Assembly (NCBI GenBank): GCA_964016885.1 | Contig: OZ024740.1 | Coordinates: 349,308,001-349,372,000, forward strand | Direction of reading: 5' to 3' | DNA length: 64,000 nt | Source: Eledone cirrhosa | Lineage: Eukaryota | Part shown: piece after piece, positions 40,609 to 58,132 of the stretch | Layout of the letters: each line of letters opens with the position of its first letter | Position numbering within the stretch: position 1 is the stretch's first letter | Notes under the pieces: generated by a model | What the model saw: only the letters and a program-made list of their open reading frames with translations | What the model was told of the DNA's origin: nothing | Databases searched by the model: none | Translations under genes and position numbers: made by a program

Positions 40609-41872
40609 CTATTCTCATATAAGTTTCCAGGCAAAGCGAGGACTCTGGAAGCTTATTAAAAAAAATATATATATATATATTATTGTTCTGCAACCCCATG
40701 CATTGAACCACAATGTTAATAAGACAAAACCTATATATTTGCTAGCATCGATATGCATTTGTATGTATGTATATGTTACTAGATATAAATTCTTTATTAT
40801 TATCCCCAAAATATTTGTCGAGCAATACTGGCCATGACTGCTGCTACGGTAGTAGGCTGGCCGCTGTCTTATTAACAACCCACTTTCCACCGATTGACCT
40901 CGATGTCACGTGTTCGATTCTTTTTGAATTTGCCACAGACACAGAGGCAGTGATTTTCTCAGTGGCTAGGAAGTAAGTCCACGCTTTGCTATTTCCTATT
41001 CACTGATTTATTTTTTAATAAGCTTCCAGAGTCCTCGCTTTGCCTGGAAACTTATCACAACATCGAACACCTGTTGTGATAATGGTTAGCAGCGATGTGT
41101 GTCAAATGGCTATTAAGATAAGTGTGAACAATTTGTCAGCATTTTCTATTCCGTTTACCAATATATAATAACTTGTGTGTTACACCTCTATTCTTTTAAC
41201 CATATATATATATATATATACAAGTTAATATAAATTAATATATATGATAAACACTAATACAATCATATGAGTGTTTGTATTGCAAATGACCAAGTTAGCT
41301 AGATTGAAAAATACTAATTAGATTAATACAGTTTGCCTGTCTCGATTTAAAATAATAAATCAATAAAAACAAACCCATATTGGCAATAGCCGTGGTACTT
41401 GGAGTTCAACGAAATTCGCTTAGTCAGTTCACCCTCTTAGCCAATCAATGACCCATTTAGGCCTGTACCATAGTTTACTGCTACCCGTCCCGTCTGTGGC
41501 AGTCAGCCGAAAGCCAGAGGGGATGGGAGAGTGTTAGTTTTTACAGGTCACAATACTACCTCTCACCAAGCACGGACAGTACGACTGACCATCAACTCCC
41601 AGGAGAAAATATACTTAATTCTAGGTATCATGGTTTTACATTGGAAGTTATGAGTGAGAGTTGGAAATAAAAATTAAAATCGTAAATCAAAAATCAGAAA
41701 TTATAAATTAAACAATTAAAAAATTAACAATTAGAAATTAAAAAATATTTCAAGTGAGAATCCGGATTGAAGTGAGTAAATAATGTGGAGAGAGATGTTT
41801 AAGTAAGAAGTTCTGAGAGGGGTTCCAAAGTCACAGTTACACTATCCACATATTGAACGATAGCGCCGTACA

Positions 41873-43702
<1,830 letters not shown>

Positions 43703-45920
43703 AGTTTAGGAATAACCAAAGAGTGCTTAGAAATACATTGTTTTATTTTCTAACAGTGTTTCATCCATACCCTAAGGCAGGAATCATCGGAGCAGGCTCC
43801 ATCGAGCCTAGTCACCAGAAAAAGGACAAGTAGGGGGGTCCCAAGCCAGCGCTGTATAGAGCAACACACAACACATGATACATATAATGTCATAAAAAAT
43901 TACATCAAAAGTTTATCAGAAGGAGGTTGAGAGAGGAGAGCAAGAAATGAATGAGAGTGTTACTGAGCTTGATCAAAAAACAAACAAGCAGTGCAAATAC
44001 ATGATTTACAGGCAGAGTATGAAAGCTTGTAAGCAGGAGTCAGTAAACAGAAAAGTTTGTTAGATGTGGTGCAGTTTTACAGGCAGGATTGTTTATAGGA
44101 AAGATGGTGCACTCCAGTAGTATCGCCTTGTAACAGGTTGATTTATCCTTATCCGGCCACCACCCTCTATCTACTGGTTCCAGTTCCAAGCGTTAGGCGA
44201 TATAACACTAGATTTCCAAATACACGCATAGAGGATTTCTCCACAGAGGCAGTCTGCAACAAACACCTTACATCCAAAACAGAATACAATGAAGTGAGGT
44301 AAAGTAGAGTACATGCACTGCTGGCACTCCAATGAAGAAAGTGAAAATAAAACGGGTCCACAATACGGGCCTTCATTGGAGTGCCAGCAGTGCATGTACT
44401 CTACTATACACAAAGTATATTATAGTTAGAAATACACTATTATTATTAACAATAATGCACTGGGTAATTGCTGGCCTTGTGCCAAAAGTAGAAACAATTA
44501 TTAAAATATATCTATAAGGGTCATGCCAGTGATGGTGTAAAGAGAGTGATATAATTATATGTATATATTTAATTATAATTATATTTTGGTAATATCTATG
44601 AAATAATATGAGAATCATAAATGTGTTGAAGTGGTGGAATACCAATTTTAAAAATTGAGAGATAGTACTAATTATTGGATCTATTCTAATCGTGAGTTAT
44701 AATATTATATAGATAATATTTATAAGTATATTTTATGAAGATTAAGGTTGTAAGTAGATTTACTTTATTATATTACAACAAGATATTTATATAAATATTT
44801 ATATAAATAATTTTGGTGAGTATATATGTTAAATATCTCTTTGCTTATTAGCAGCAGGAGCCGGCGTTGCACGGGGTAGGAAACGGGAAATAGCAACACG
44901 CATACGCAAAGATTGAGGAATGTAGCTGTGTACTTTTTGAATTCCCTTATTCTCAGGGAGTGATTGTTCATCTACTGGAAACACCAGCAGGCCCGAATCG
45001 TGAAACATCTGTGCAAAATCTGAAGAAAATCAGCTGGATACTCTTTAAGCGAACTAAATCTTAGAGTATGATTTATTCCATTTGGAGAAAATCGGTTAGG
45101 TACCTTTGGAGATTTATAGATTCGCACCCAGTCATCTGGACAGACATCATCATTTATGTCTATTATACCTGCATGCATACTGTACAGAGTAAAGCCTGCA
45201 ATGCTTGAGTAAGACATGCCATGCAACCGCACAGCATGCTGGGCCCTCCCCACAGGAGACCATAGCCTCTTCGTAAATCTACCCGATCTGATATAGACCG
45301 AACTGTGACGTCGGATGCCGAACTCTCGGATTTACCATTGGGATCAACATCAACAATTTCAAGTGGGGGGTCACCGTGGAATTAACACAACCGCTGTTCG
45401 GCGTACTTGCGCGGGGCGTTCATACTGCGATGTAGGTGCAACAAAAGGGGTATTAGTAGAAATAGCACAGACGTGAGTTTTACTGTGTCAATAACACGGC
45501 AACCTACACAGGGCTCGAATTTGCGCGTGATGAAAACACGAAACGTCAACAGGGAGCCGACAAAAGTTTTAAGGTCCTCCTCATTTCCTCAATCCTCCGA
45601 ATATGGTCCTGCTTAAAAGTAAGTAAATGTTGTGTCCTCTGTTAAATAAAACAAACTTGTAGCGAAATATTATACGCTTTTTTTTAATCCAAAGCAATTC
45701 GAGGAGACTAACTAATGTGTATTGCACATTTCGAGCAAAATCGGCTGGATTATCATTAAGTTACGTCTTATTTTTTTAGCCCATTGCACTTCAAGAAAGA
45801 TAAGTAACGCATGTGTAAAATCAGTCGGGTACTTCTCCTGTTTTAGGGATTTACACAGACAGACATCCTCTGTTTTATATATAAAGATATATATTGGTGT
45901 AGATATAGATACATATATGA

Positions 45921-46022
<102 letters not shown>

Positions 46023-46617
46023 ATTATGTTTATTTTTCCACACAAAAGCACACATAATTACACACATTTCTATAGATATAAAGACAGATAGAATAATAGA
46101 TAGATTGATGTACAGATAGACAGATAGATGAAAAGATTAATTCATATGGAAATTGTTGTAACTATTATTATCAATCAGGCAGATTATTATTAATAAATAT
46201 GTATATACATTGACTGAACAAAAATCACGGGATCAAGTACTCAATGTCACAGCTGACAATGTAACACATGTTACCTGAATATTAACATAATCAATAAATG
46301 TTTTGGACAGTTTAGAGAAATTAAAGAAAGAAAAGATCAAAGACGAACATTTTTTACCAAACTTTATTAAATATAAAAATACAATTATTTTATAAACCAA
46401 TTAATATATAGTATATGTATATTCTCATAAAAATATACATTTTCAATATAAAGGTTATCACAATATATATATAATATGTATTACAAAGTCCTTTAATTTA
46501 AGATTAAATAGTAAAGAATAGTAAAGCTTGAAACAGTGATGTTTAAAATGTAAAAATTAAAATTGAAAGAAATAGAATAAAGGATAAGCATATAGGATAT
46601 ATGGGGTTATATATATA

Positions 46618-46656
<39 letters not shown>

Positions 46657-46746
46657 CAAAAACCACATGGTGGTCAACTGAATGTTTCATATCATGAATA
46701 CATTTTGCGTTACAACGCAGTTTTATAATTTTCAATATGACTGCTT

Positions 46747-47271
46747 TTATTGCTCATACTCGTTATTTCCCTTAGTTATCACATCAACTTTCCGTGCATA
46801 AACACAGGATGTAGCCACATTTATTACAATTGGACTATACACATAAAGTCCATTATCACATGTACCTGTATGACTGAGGACTGTCATTTTAGTATATACT
46901 GGCACACATTGGTGATTGTTGTCGGGGAACTCAACATTATCCTCTCGACACACTACTTCTGTACGTGATGGAGGGAAGACTGTTGGATCATGGATAATCT
47001 CCAGGTTCCAAGGACAAATTGAACGTTCATGGATGAGATAAGAAGAAACAGCAGGTGTTGTACTTGTTTCATTCTCTCGTGACAGTGTTGTATCGTTATT
47101 TACTGCTGGAGCCATTTCAGCATGTAGAAAGAATTTATTGCCGATGTCTTCACTAGATAAACTCTCGTATTGGTCTTTTAGGTCAGTTGGTATTTCACAT
47201 TGGATCTGGATGGGTGCCGAAGTCACAATTAAGGTATAGTTGACGAGAAGAATGACAATCTTTATGAGAAC
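46747..47271 (-). CDS. IL17: IL-17-like cytokine, copy 5, main coding exon
   Basis: Same motifs; positional equivalent of copy 3, 24,944 bp downstream. Confidence 0.85.
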   Translation of the reverse strand, partial: VLIKIVILLVNYTLIVTSAPIQIQCEIPTDLKDQYESLSSEDIGNKFFLHAEMAPAVNNDTTLSRENETSTTPAVSSYLIHERSICPWNLEIIHDPTVFPPSRTEVVCREDNVEFPDNNHQCVPVYTKMTVLSHTGTCDNGLYVYSPIVINVATSCVYARKVDVITKGNNEYEQ

Positions 47272-49316
47272 CTGCAATATATAAAATATTAAATCAAAGA
47301 GTGCTTCATAATTTTAATATGACACTTATTCAGATAAACAAATCAGAAAATAGCAGTATACTTTAGAATTAAATCATAATACATAGAAATGAAAGCCACA
47401 GACATTTATTTACTATAGTGTGCTAGACGTATGATCATGAATGATGTCAGGTAATGTGATAAGAAAACGTTTCGCTACAGTGTGTATATGAATAAAATGC
47501 ATATATTTATAGAAAAATATATGAGAGATGTGCGATGGAAGTATTATAACGGGAGAGGAAATAGATTAATGATATTACTGCCAGTAGGTTTACTACTGCT
47601 ACATAACAAAGTGGTATGTTCCCCGTAGTTTTAGAACCTTCATGTAACATTTTAGAGGAAATAATACACTCGCTCATGAAACAAATATCTTTAGATCATC
47701 TCATTCCTTAGTAAATTTATAACTTGGAGTTGCAGAGTTAAAGTAATGTCTCTGTATAATTACTTATCCATATAAATATTTCTACTTGTTTCGGATTAGT
47801 TGAGTGGAATGGTGTCATTATATAGACTGTTATATAGTCCAATATATATACTATACTGGCTGAGAGTTTAGAACATCTCACAGATTGCTTTAAGATCTTC
47901 GATTCGGTACTCTATTATTCCTTTCACGCTTTCGATAAATCAATACCGGTCCAGTACTGCTATAGATACTTTCCTCACATTTCTATCTCACTTCGTATCA
48001 CAACAATGTATCACATTCTATGGAAAATATTGTATGTGATCAGACCAAGTGATTAGATAGGCTCTTCTTAAAGTTAAAATATGTCCCAGAATACACTGTA
48101 AGTTATGGATAGGAAAGAAGGGAAGAAAGAAAGAGAGGAACATAGAAAGATTCAATACTGTATAAGAGCATAATTTCTAATTTCATACATAAATTACCAA
48201 TCGATAGGATGCTATCAGTGATATAATTCTGCAATACATTTTACCAATGTAACATTTAGAACCTAACTAACCTGTTACAATAGTTTCAATATATTTATTA
48301 TTTCTATGATTACTTTAGAACCTCATAATACTAGTATCGTATTTAACTACAATAGATGTATCTGTTTTTTGAGGCTAGCATTACCATTATTATAAGTTAC
48401 ATATGTTACGTGTTATCCCAGTTCAATTCTTACTGCATCTCATCTCTGAAATGTTCAGGTAAAGCTAACTCTTCTGATAACGTAGATAATAGTTTTAACA
48501 ATATATTAACTCACAGTGAAAAATACATTAGATAACCCAACATAAACCTACATTAATATAAATTGAACATCTAATAGTAATCTGCAGTGAGGTAAAAAGA
48601 CAAGAGATCCCACTGGGGTGCAATCGTATCTCTGATATTATATATATCCTCATAGATAATGACAAGTGCCAATTTACGTTATTTAGAGTAAATAGCATTT
48701 TTGTTAAATTTTACCTCATGATTACACATATCTAAGTATAACCACATAACTACATAAAATAATATATGAGATAGTAATATTAATTAATCGTTACTTACAT
48801 TAGTTATCTTCATTATATTGGTTTGCTAACTTGGAATAGAAAATATGAAGAAACCGTGAGATATTTTACAAACGAGACGTGTGTTTGTTCAGTTCCCAAA
48901 GTGATAAACGTTTGTAATGAAACCAATGGTGAAAGGACTTATATATATATATGAAGGACCGGTAGCGGAATTGACATCAAACGTTAGTCATAATGTAATG
49001 CAAATTATTGAAAACATTTATAAATATATAGAGACGGAACTATCAACAATACGGGAAAGTTTACATCCGATGAGGTAAAGTTGAAGTACTTGTATCATTT
49101 ATTGGAAATATACATATTTATAGTATCCTAAACAACATAGAACTTAGTGGGGCATGTTTTCAAACATGAATGAACCGTATAAGATATTTTAAATTATTAT
49201 ATCTGAGTCCGTACGGTTTCTCCCAAGTGTATATCATGCCATATATTGAAATGGTAGACAGAGAGATATTTGAGGCGTTAGAATGTTTTATCTGGTAATA
49301 ATTTACGGGAAATAAT

Positions 49317-49502
49317 TGTTTCTACATTTGGCACAAGGCCAGCAATTAACCAGTGCATTACTGGTACTTTATTTTATCGAGCCCGGAAGGATGAAAGACA
49401 AAGTTAACATTGGCGGGGTTTGAACTCAGATCATACAGGGAGGTAACTCTATGCTTCAAAGCATGGCGTCCGACCCTCTACCGATAATGCCAATCCACCG
49501 CC
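49317..49502 (-). mobile_element. Same SINE insertion in arm 4
   Basis: Same sequence and TSD. Confidence 0.8.
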
Positions 49503-50422
49503 TTTACGGGAAATAATGTTCCAGTTTCAGATTAGGTTAGTCCTAATTTTCTCTTTTATTCATATGGTATCGATAATCTATATTATTTGTCAGGGAACGA
49601 CTTCATTGACCATAGCTTCCCTCAATATATGTTATGGGGCCAATGAGAGAATTCAAATATATTTCGATCGAACGTTTTAAGTATTCTAGAAATGTTGTGC
49701 ATATTTTGCTATGTCAGAAATCTTTGTGAAATCTACAAATCGAATGCTCTAGTTATATCACACCTATGCCCTTTGAGGAAGCACATACTATATACAGTCC
49801 CTTTTATGCAATATACTTCATGTTAATTTTGAGGAAAAGGATATCACGTGACAGTACATCAAAGTAAGTTCACAGTTTTGAGAAATAGTTTAAAAACAAG
49901 AGATATTTTGCAGTACATTATTTCAATGTCGGTAATAAATAGCAACGATGTTCCCGGAAATAGTCGTGGCACCATAGTCAAAACATGAACGTTGCAATAA
50001 TATTATTCAGGATTTTGGTCACCACACTTGAGACATTATGCTAGGTATGAGAATCTACTATAAAACGTAGATTTAAATTTTCATGTAAAATTTGTGTATG
50101 CAGTTTTATTTATATATATATGGGAATATATTAATTTACATGAATTCATATACTTTTAAAAGGATGACCCAAGACACGCTTACATTTTCTCCAATATACT
50201 TCAAATTGAAAGTATAAAAAAAAAATAACGTAGAACAGGGATACAGAACATAAATAAATAATCTAGAAGAAAAAGAGAAGACACGAAAAAGGTAGGAACG
50301 TTTTACCCAGTACTTTTTGCCAATGCCTTGTTGTTATATATCCATGCATGATCTTACTGAATTTCACGAAGCAAAGCTTGTGTAAGAATACTTTTAGTTG
50401 TTAAAGAACACAATACTAGAAT

Positions 50423-50456
<34 letters not shown>

Positions 50457-50916
50457 GAAATGTTTGAGGACGCTGACGGCTGAGCAGGAATGACCCTGCC
50501 CAACTTTAAAATCTTCTCCCTTTACAAGTGCCCCGATTCCTTCATTCAACAGCAAAGAATAAATAAAGAAAAATTATTACACACAGCCCATTACACACAC
50601 ACACACACTATCTCCCTCCCGCACGCACACACACACACATACACACGCGCGCGCGCACACATAAACAGACCACACCAAATCACACCTACAAAAAAAACAC
50701 ACACACGTGTGTGTATTTTTACATATACACATACACACACACACTCTAAAATCATATTCCAAAAATAGAATTTTTTTTACAAACCTACTGTTGCCAATCC
50801 CACAGAATTTTCCTCTAGTTTACAACTTCTCCCTCGCCTCCCCCATCTCAACTCTTGTCCAGTCCATTAACACAATTGAGATACACACATGTTTACAAAA
50901 TATTTTTGATTACACT

Positions 50917-50965
<49 letters not shown>

Positions 50966-51748
50966 TCTGGTAATGTATGTTACATTGCCCATTGAGTGCA
51001 CTGAGATACAACCGGTACTGGCATTGATAAATATGCTGGGTCCGTCAACCCTTATTATATATATATATATATACACAAGAGTTCATTTTCCAGTCTCCTT
51101 CTCAACAAGGAAGATGCAAAAAACTTACCCCAACAATTAATTTTAAAACATTAAATTTTAGTTTTTAATTCTTATTAATTCTCTTTAATTGTAATACTCA
51201 ACATTGGTGTGAGTGTATGTACAAGTGAACCAGCATAAACCTTTTATTTCTAAATTTTCTAAACTATCTAAGTATTGGACTCTAACCATTATATTAAGTA
51301 TTACTACCCCACTTTTTGTATGTGTGGAAGTGTGTGTGTGTCTGCGGAGGTGTGTGTGAGTGTAGTGCAAGCCAACCTACATAAGCCTTTTTATTTGTAA
51401 ACTTTCTACTCCAACCATAATTTTCAGTAGCACCACTCCACATAAATTCCTCAATTTAAGAATGACCTGTAGTATCTATTTCATACTATTAACCCTATTT
51501 GAAAATATGCCTTTTGTGAAAATCAGTCATGTGGAACTATTGTCATCTTGCCTGACGGTTTGAACCTTACAGAACCACCTGCCTCTTTGAGGTCAAATAC
51601 CAACCTACTACCATCTACAAACAGACCAATGAGAATCAAGACTATTCCTGCTGACAACATCAAAATATTCCTAACAACCTCATATGTCCCAAGGCTCTGA
51701 TACCATCAACACTATACACACAGAGCTGGCATATCTACGAACTGACTA

Positions 51749-51804
51749 ACTGCCTGATGAGGTCATAACCATTCAATGGCTATCATCGAAATATATATAG
51801 CAGT
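51749..51804 (+). ncRNA. Minimal type I hammerhead, family B
   Basis: As 26814-26869, with one stem II mismatch. Confidence 0.7.
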
Positions 51805-51982
51805 AAATAAAGGATTATGAGTTCATGCAATTGACTTATGTTTCGTCACTATATATATATATTTTTTTTTATGTATATATATATATATATATATATTTAT
51901 CCCTCTATCTCTCCCCTCTCTCTCTCTCCATCCCTCCCACTATAAACAATTTTATTCTCTTTAACTCACTACACTCTAAATC

Positions 51983-52099
<117 letters not shown>

Positions 52100-52181
52100 A
52101 TATGGATGAAACACTGTTAGAAAATAAAACAATGTATTTCTAAGCACTCTTTAATTATTCCTAAACTTATATATAAATATA

Positions 52182-52270
<89 letters not shown>

Positions 52271-52436
52271 AATTTATATCTAGTAACATATATATACATA
52301 CAAATGCATATCGATGCTAGCAAATATATAGGTTTTGTCTTATTAACATTGTGGTTCAATGCATGGGGTTGCAGAACAATAATATAAGAGACGTAAGATA
52401 AGAAAATTATAAAATTAACTTACTTACTAAAATATC

Positions 52437-52518
52437 ACTTCCAACTAATTAGTTTCTGGAATGGAGTAGATACATCTTCCGAAGAAGGTGTGGAGAAACA
52501 TCCCGTCATCAGGAAAGT
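52437..52518 (-). ncRNA. Hammerhead, family C
   Basis: Identical motif. Confidence 0.72.
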
Positions 52519-52973
52519 CTATTCTCATATAAGTTTCCAGGCAAAGCGAGGACTCGGGAAGCTTATTAAAAAATAAATCAGTGAATAGGAAATAGCAAAG
52601 CGTGGACTTACTTCCTAGCCACTGAGAAAATCACTGCCTCTGTGTCTGTGGCAAATTCAAAAAGAATCGAACACGTGACATCGAGGTCAATCGGTGGAAA
52701 GTGGGTTGTTAATAAGACAGCGGCCAGCCTACTACCGTAGCAGCAGTCATGGCCAGTATTGCTCGACAAATATTTTGGAGATAATAATAAAGAATTTATA
52801 TCTAGTAACATATATATACATACAAATGCATATCGATGCTAGCAAATATATAGGTTTTGTCTTATTAACATTGTGGTTCAATGCATGGGGTTGCAGAACA
52901 ATAATATATATATATATTTTTTTTAATAAGCTTCCAGAGTCCTCGCTTTGCCTGGAAACTTATATGAGAATAG

Positions 52974-53055
52974 ACTTTCCTGATGACGGGATGTTTCTCC
53001 ACACCTTCTTCGGAAGATATATCTACTCCATTCCAGAAACTAATTAGTTGGAAGT
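52974..53055 (+). ncRNA. Hammerhead, family C
   Basis: Same motif with one substitution in the distal part of stem II. Confidence 0.72.
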
Positions 53056-53221
53056 GATATTTTAGTAAGTAAGTTAATTTTATAATTTTCTTCTCTTACG
53101 TCTCTTATATTATTGTTCTGCAACCCCATGCATTGAACCACAATGTTAATAAGACAAAACCTATATATTTGCTAGCATCGATATGCATTTGTATGTATAT
53201 ATATGTTACTAGATATAAATT

Positions 53222-53276
<55 letters not shown>

Positions 53277-53352
53277 TATATTTATATATAAGTTTAGGAA
53301 TAACGAAAGAGTGCTTAGAAATACATTGTTTTATTTTCTAACAGTGTTTCAT

Positions 53353-53426
<74 letters not shown>

Positions 53427-53430
<4 letters not shown>

Positions 53431-56400
53431 TTAGGGAAGCAGAAAATTGGTTATTGTAACACAGCTCGTGGTTAAGACAGCCAGTTTTATGGACGGTTTC
53501 AACGTACGGTTAGGGGTTACTCCACAAGTTTGTAAGAATCACGTTCAATCTTGGAGTGCAAAGGATAAAAGTGAAAACACAGGTAAGCATTAAAAAAGAT
53601 GATTATGAATATCACATTCAAAAAGCAGAGGAATAATAAACTCCAGAATGACATGAATACATTCCTAAAATGGAATTATTTTCAAAGCAGACAAAACCTC
53701 AAATGTGTATACGATGGATATTAATACATACCATAGCTTCATACGGAAGGAATTACACAGGAAATACAAAAACTATAACGAGACGGCACTGATAAACATA
53801 AACAACGAGGCACACAATATTGTCAAACGCCTAGGAATAGACGACAGAACGGAGCCACTGAGGCCATTTACCCCCACATTTAATCTCAAGGACCATAAGG
53901 TAAATTTTGATTATAACCCCACAATTAGACTTATATGCCTGTCCAAATCGGACATTGGGAAAATTAGTAAACATATATTAGACAGAGTGATAGCACAAAT
54001 GAATAATAAACTAGTAGTTAAACTATGGTGTAACACTACCGAAACAATTAAATGGTTTAACAATATAGCTAACAAAAAAGTGTCTAAGTTTATACAATTT
54101 GACATTAACGACTATTACTCCTCTATATCTCCCAACACCTTGGATAAAGCCTTAGCATTCACCAAAGCCAATTCTGACCTGACAGACGACGAGATAAAAA
54201 TTATATTAGCTGCTAGGAAAACAATAATTAAATTTGAAAAAGCCTATTGGGAACGTAAGGATAGATTAAATAACTTCGACATCATGATGGGGACTAATGA
54301 CTCGGCGCAAGTCACAGATCTAGTAGGTATTTACATAGCCCATATTTACAGAGGGAGTTTAGCGACCTTCACGATGGAATCTACAGAGACGACGCCCTTC
54401 TCCTAGTTAAGAACCTAAATAACCAGAGCATAGAAAGACTGCGTAAGAATATTAGAATGACTATCGAAAAACTGGGCCTTAGCATAACGTACGAATATAG
54501 CACTAAAATAGTTAACTTTCTAGACGCGACGCTTAACCTAAATACGGGATTTGTAAGACCTTTTCTCAAGATTAATGAAAACTTAGCATACATCAACTGT
54601 AATTCGAACCACCCACTATCCATAATTAAATCCGTTCCGCGCAGCATATCCCTCAGGATTTCCCGCCTCTCGTCTAACCAACAAATCTTCGAGGAACAAG
54701 CAGAATACTACAATACCGCACTTGACAAGGCAGACCACTTAGATAGAGTAGAATATATAGATGAAAGCCTCCAGAAAGCACACACGAACACGCATAACAC
54801 AAACTCCAGAAACACACGCACACACACATTCACGCATAGAACTACAAATTATAATGATAATAGAAATACAACATCGAAATCAAGCAGGTCACGCAGTAGA
54901 AAATATATTTGCTATAACCCCATATTTAACACCTCTATTAGTACTAACCTACCCTCTACCATCTTTAGAATAATAATTAAGCACTTTCCAGATTCACATA
55001 GATACAGTAAAATCCTTAACACTAAATCTATTAGACTATCTTACTCCACGGCACCGAACATAGAGGCACACATTAAGATGTATAACGCTAAAAAGATACG
55101 TAACAACACCAGAACACAAATTTATAACAATACAATTACCATTGAACACAACAGAATATCTAATACACAACAACCTACTAATAGGCAAACAAGACGTAAC
55201 ACACTTGTACAGGCATCGCATCCCACTAATAATGCCAAGGTTGCCCATGGCAAGAATCGTAATTGCCACCTACCTGAAACCTGTCCATTACATAACGAAT
55301 GTATGCAGTCTAACCTGGTTTACCAATGCACCGTGGAATCAGACAACCAGAAGTGGTATTACAACGGAGCGACTGGGAATACATCATGTAAAGCTCGTTG
55401 GTATACACACCGTTACGCAATGAAACATTCCCAGCATCGTTATGTAACTACCCTTGCGAACAAGACATGGCAACTGAGGGAAATTAACCATCAATACACC
55501 TGAAGTGGAAAAAATTATCGAACGCGCCCCCATATCGGAGTGGTATGAGAAGCTGTCGATTATGTGACCTTGAGCTGTTCCACATTTTAAGTTCGAAGAA
55601 TAAATTACTCAACAATAAAATCAAAAGATCGATTTATTGTAACCATAGACTCAAAGAAAAGTTTGCGCACGACAAGTGCAAATCGAACCCTTAACATCTT
55701 ACTACCACCTGACAAACTGCATATACTTAGACTTTCTACCCTCTTATTGTATACAACCCCTTCAATTACCCACAAAAACCAATACCTATATCCCTCCCTT
55801 CCTCTTCATTCCTTTTCTATTTCTTTTCGTTTTCTTCCTTTCTTCTCTCCCTTTTTTTATGTCTTTTCTTTTCTTCTTTCTCCCACCCCCCCCCCCTTCT
55901 TTATTTTATTTATTTATATATATATATATATTTTTTTTTTTATATATATATATATATATTTATCCCTCTATCTCTCACCCTCCCTCGCTCTCTTTCTCCA
56001 TCCCTCCCACTATAAACAATTTTATTCTCTTTAACTCACTACACTCTAAATCGACATCATGTCTACATATATCAAAACTGATCAAAGATTCCTTCCACCT
56101 CTACCACTCCCTCCATCTCAGTTTGTCACCCAACTCCCTAATTCCTCTCCCCCTTCATCTCTCTCTCTCTATACTACTCCCTTTGTCCCTCAACTTTCTA
56201 ATTCCTCTTCCTCTCTCTCTATACTAGCAAATAGAATTCCAAAAAATGTTTTTCTATTTATTAAGAACTTGTTAAGAGTAACTTATTCACTATTTTGAAA
56301 ATTTGGACGTGTACAACAATTATGATTGAATGGCTGCTATTTGCAGTATAGCAATATAAGGCTGTACTTACCAATGAAACGGTCGTAAATACCTAGATAA

Positions 56401-56444
56401 AATATTTTTTCTTTTAATACTTACCTGTGTTTTCTCTTTTATCC

Positions 56445-56445
<1 letters not shown>
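53427..56445 (+). mobile_element. Penelope-like retroelement, duplicate of 28496-31507
   Basis: Near-identical ORFs 53705-54406 and 54457-55503, with the same frameshifts. Confidence 0.88.
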
Positions 56446-56475
<30 letters not shown>

Positions 56476-56657
56476 GTCGATTTAGAGTGTAGTGAGTTAA
56501 AGAGAATAAAATTGTTTATAGTGGGAGGGATGGAGAGAGAGAGCGAGAGAGGGGAGAGATAGAGGGATAAATATATATATATATACATAAAAAAAAAATA
56601 TATATATATATAGTGACGAAACATAAGTCAATTGCATGAACTCATAATCCTTTATTT

Positions 56658-56713
56658 ACTGCTATATATATTTCGATGATAGCCATTGAATGGTTATGAC
56701 CTCATCAGGCAGT
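56658..56713 (-). ncRNA. Minimal type I hammerhead, family B
   Basis: Reverse-complement copy. Confidence 0.7.
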
Positions 56714-57496
56714 TAGTCAGTTCGTAGATATGCCAGCTCTGTGTTTATGGTGTTGATGGTATCAGAGCCTTGGGACATATGAGGTTGTTAGGAATATTTT
56801 GATGTTGTCAGCAGGAATAGTCTTGATTCTCATTGGTCTGTTTGTAGATGGTAGTAGGTTGGTATTTGACCTCAAAGAGGCAGGTGGTTCTGTAAGGTTC
56901 AAACCGTCAGGCAAGATGACAATAGTTCCACATGACTGATTTTCACAAAAGGCATATTTTCAAATAGGGTTAATAGTATGAAATAGATACTACAGGTCAT
57001 TCTTAAATTGAGGAATTTATGTGGAGTGGTGCTACTGAAAATTATGGTTGGAGTAGAAAGTTTACAAATAAAAAGGCTTATGTAGGTTGGCTTGCACTAC
57101 ACTCACACACACCTCCGCAGACACACACACACTTCCACACATACAAAAAGTGGGGTAGTAATACTTAATATAATGGTTAGAGTCCAATACTTAGATAGTT
57201 TAGAAAATTTAGAAATAAAAGGTTTATGCTGGTTCACTTGTACAAACACTCACACCAATGTTGAGTATTACAATTAAAGAGAATTAATAAGAATTAAAAA
57301 CTAAAATTTAATGTTTTAAAATTAATTGTTGGGGTAAGTTTTTTGCATCTTCCTTGTTGAGAAGGAGACTGGAAAATGAACTCTTGTGTATATATATATA
57401 TATATAATAAGGGTTGACGGACCCAGCATATTTATCAATGCCAGTACCGGTTGTATCTCAGTGCACTCAATGGGCAATGTAACATACATTACCAGA

Positions 57497-57537
<41 letters not shown>

Positions 57538-57543
57538 TATATA

Positions 57544-57632
<89 letters not shown>

Positions 57633-58096
57633 GTAATCAAAAATATTTTGTAAACATGTGTGTATCTCAATTGTGTTAATGGACTGGACAAGGGTTGAGA
57701 TGGGGGAGGCGAGGGAGAAGTTGTAAACTAGAGGAAAATTCTGTGGGATTGGCAACAGTAGGTTTGTAAAAAAAATTTTATTTTTGGAATATGATTTTAG
57801 AGTGTGTGTGTGTGTGTGTGTATATGTAAAAATACACACACGTGTGTGTGTGTTTTTTTGTAGGTGTGATTTGGTGTGGTCTGTTTATGTGTGCGCGCGC
57901 GCGTGTGTGTGTATGTGTGTGTGTGTGCGTGCGGGAGGGAGATAGTGTGTGTGTGTGTGTAATGGGCTGTGTGTAATAATTTTTCTTTATTTATTCTTTG
58001 CTGTTGAATGAAGGAATCGGGGCACTTGTAAAGGGAGAAGATTTTAAAGTTGGGCAGCGTCATTCCTGCTCAGCCGTCAGCGTCCTCAAACTTTTC

Positions 58097-58132
<36 letters not shown>

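Larger units (their letters stand above)
39953..41054. repeat. Same 522-bp repeat cluster
   Basis: Duplicate of 15071-16172. Confidence 0.85.
52266..53225. repeat. Same 522-bp repeat cluster with a different right end
   Basis: Duplicate of 27316 onward, with a rearranged distal part. Confidence 0.8.
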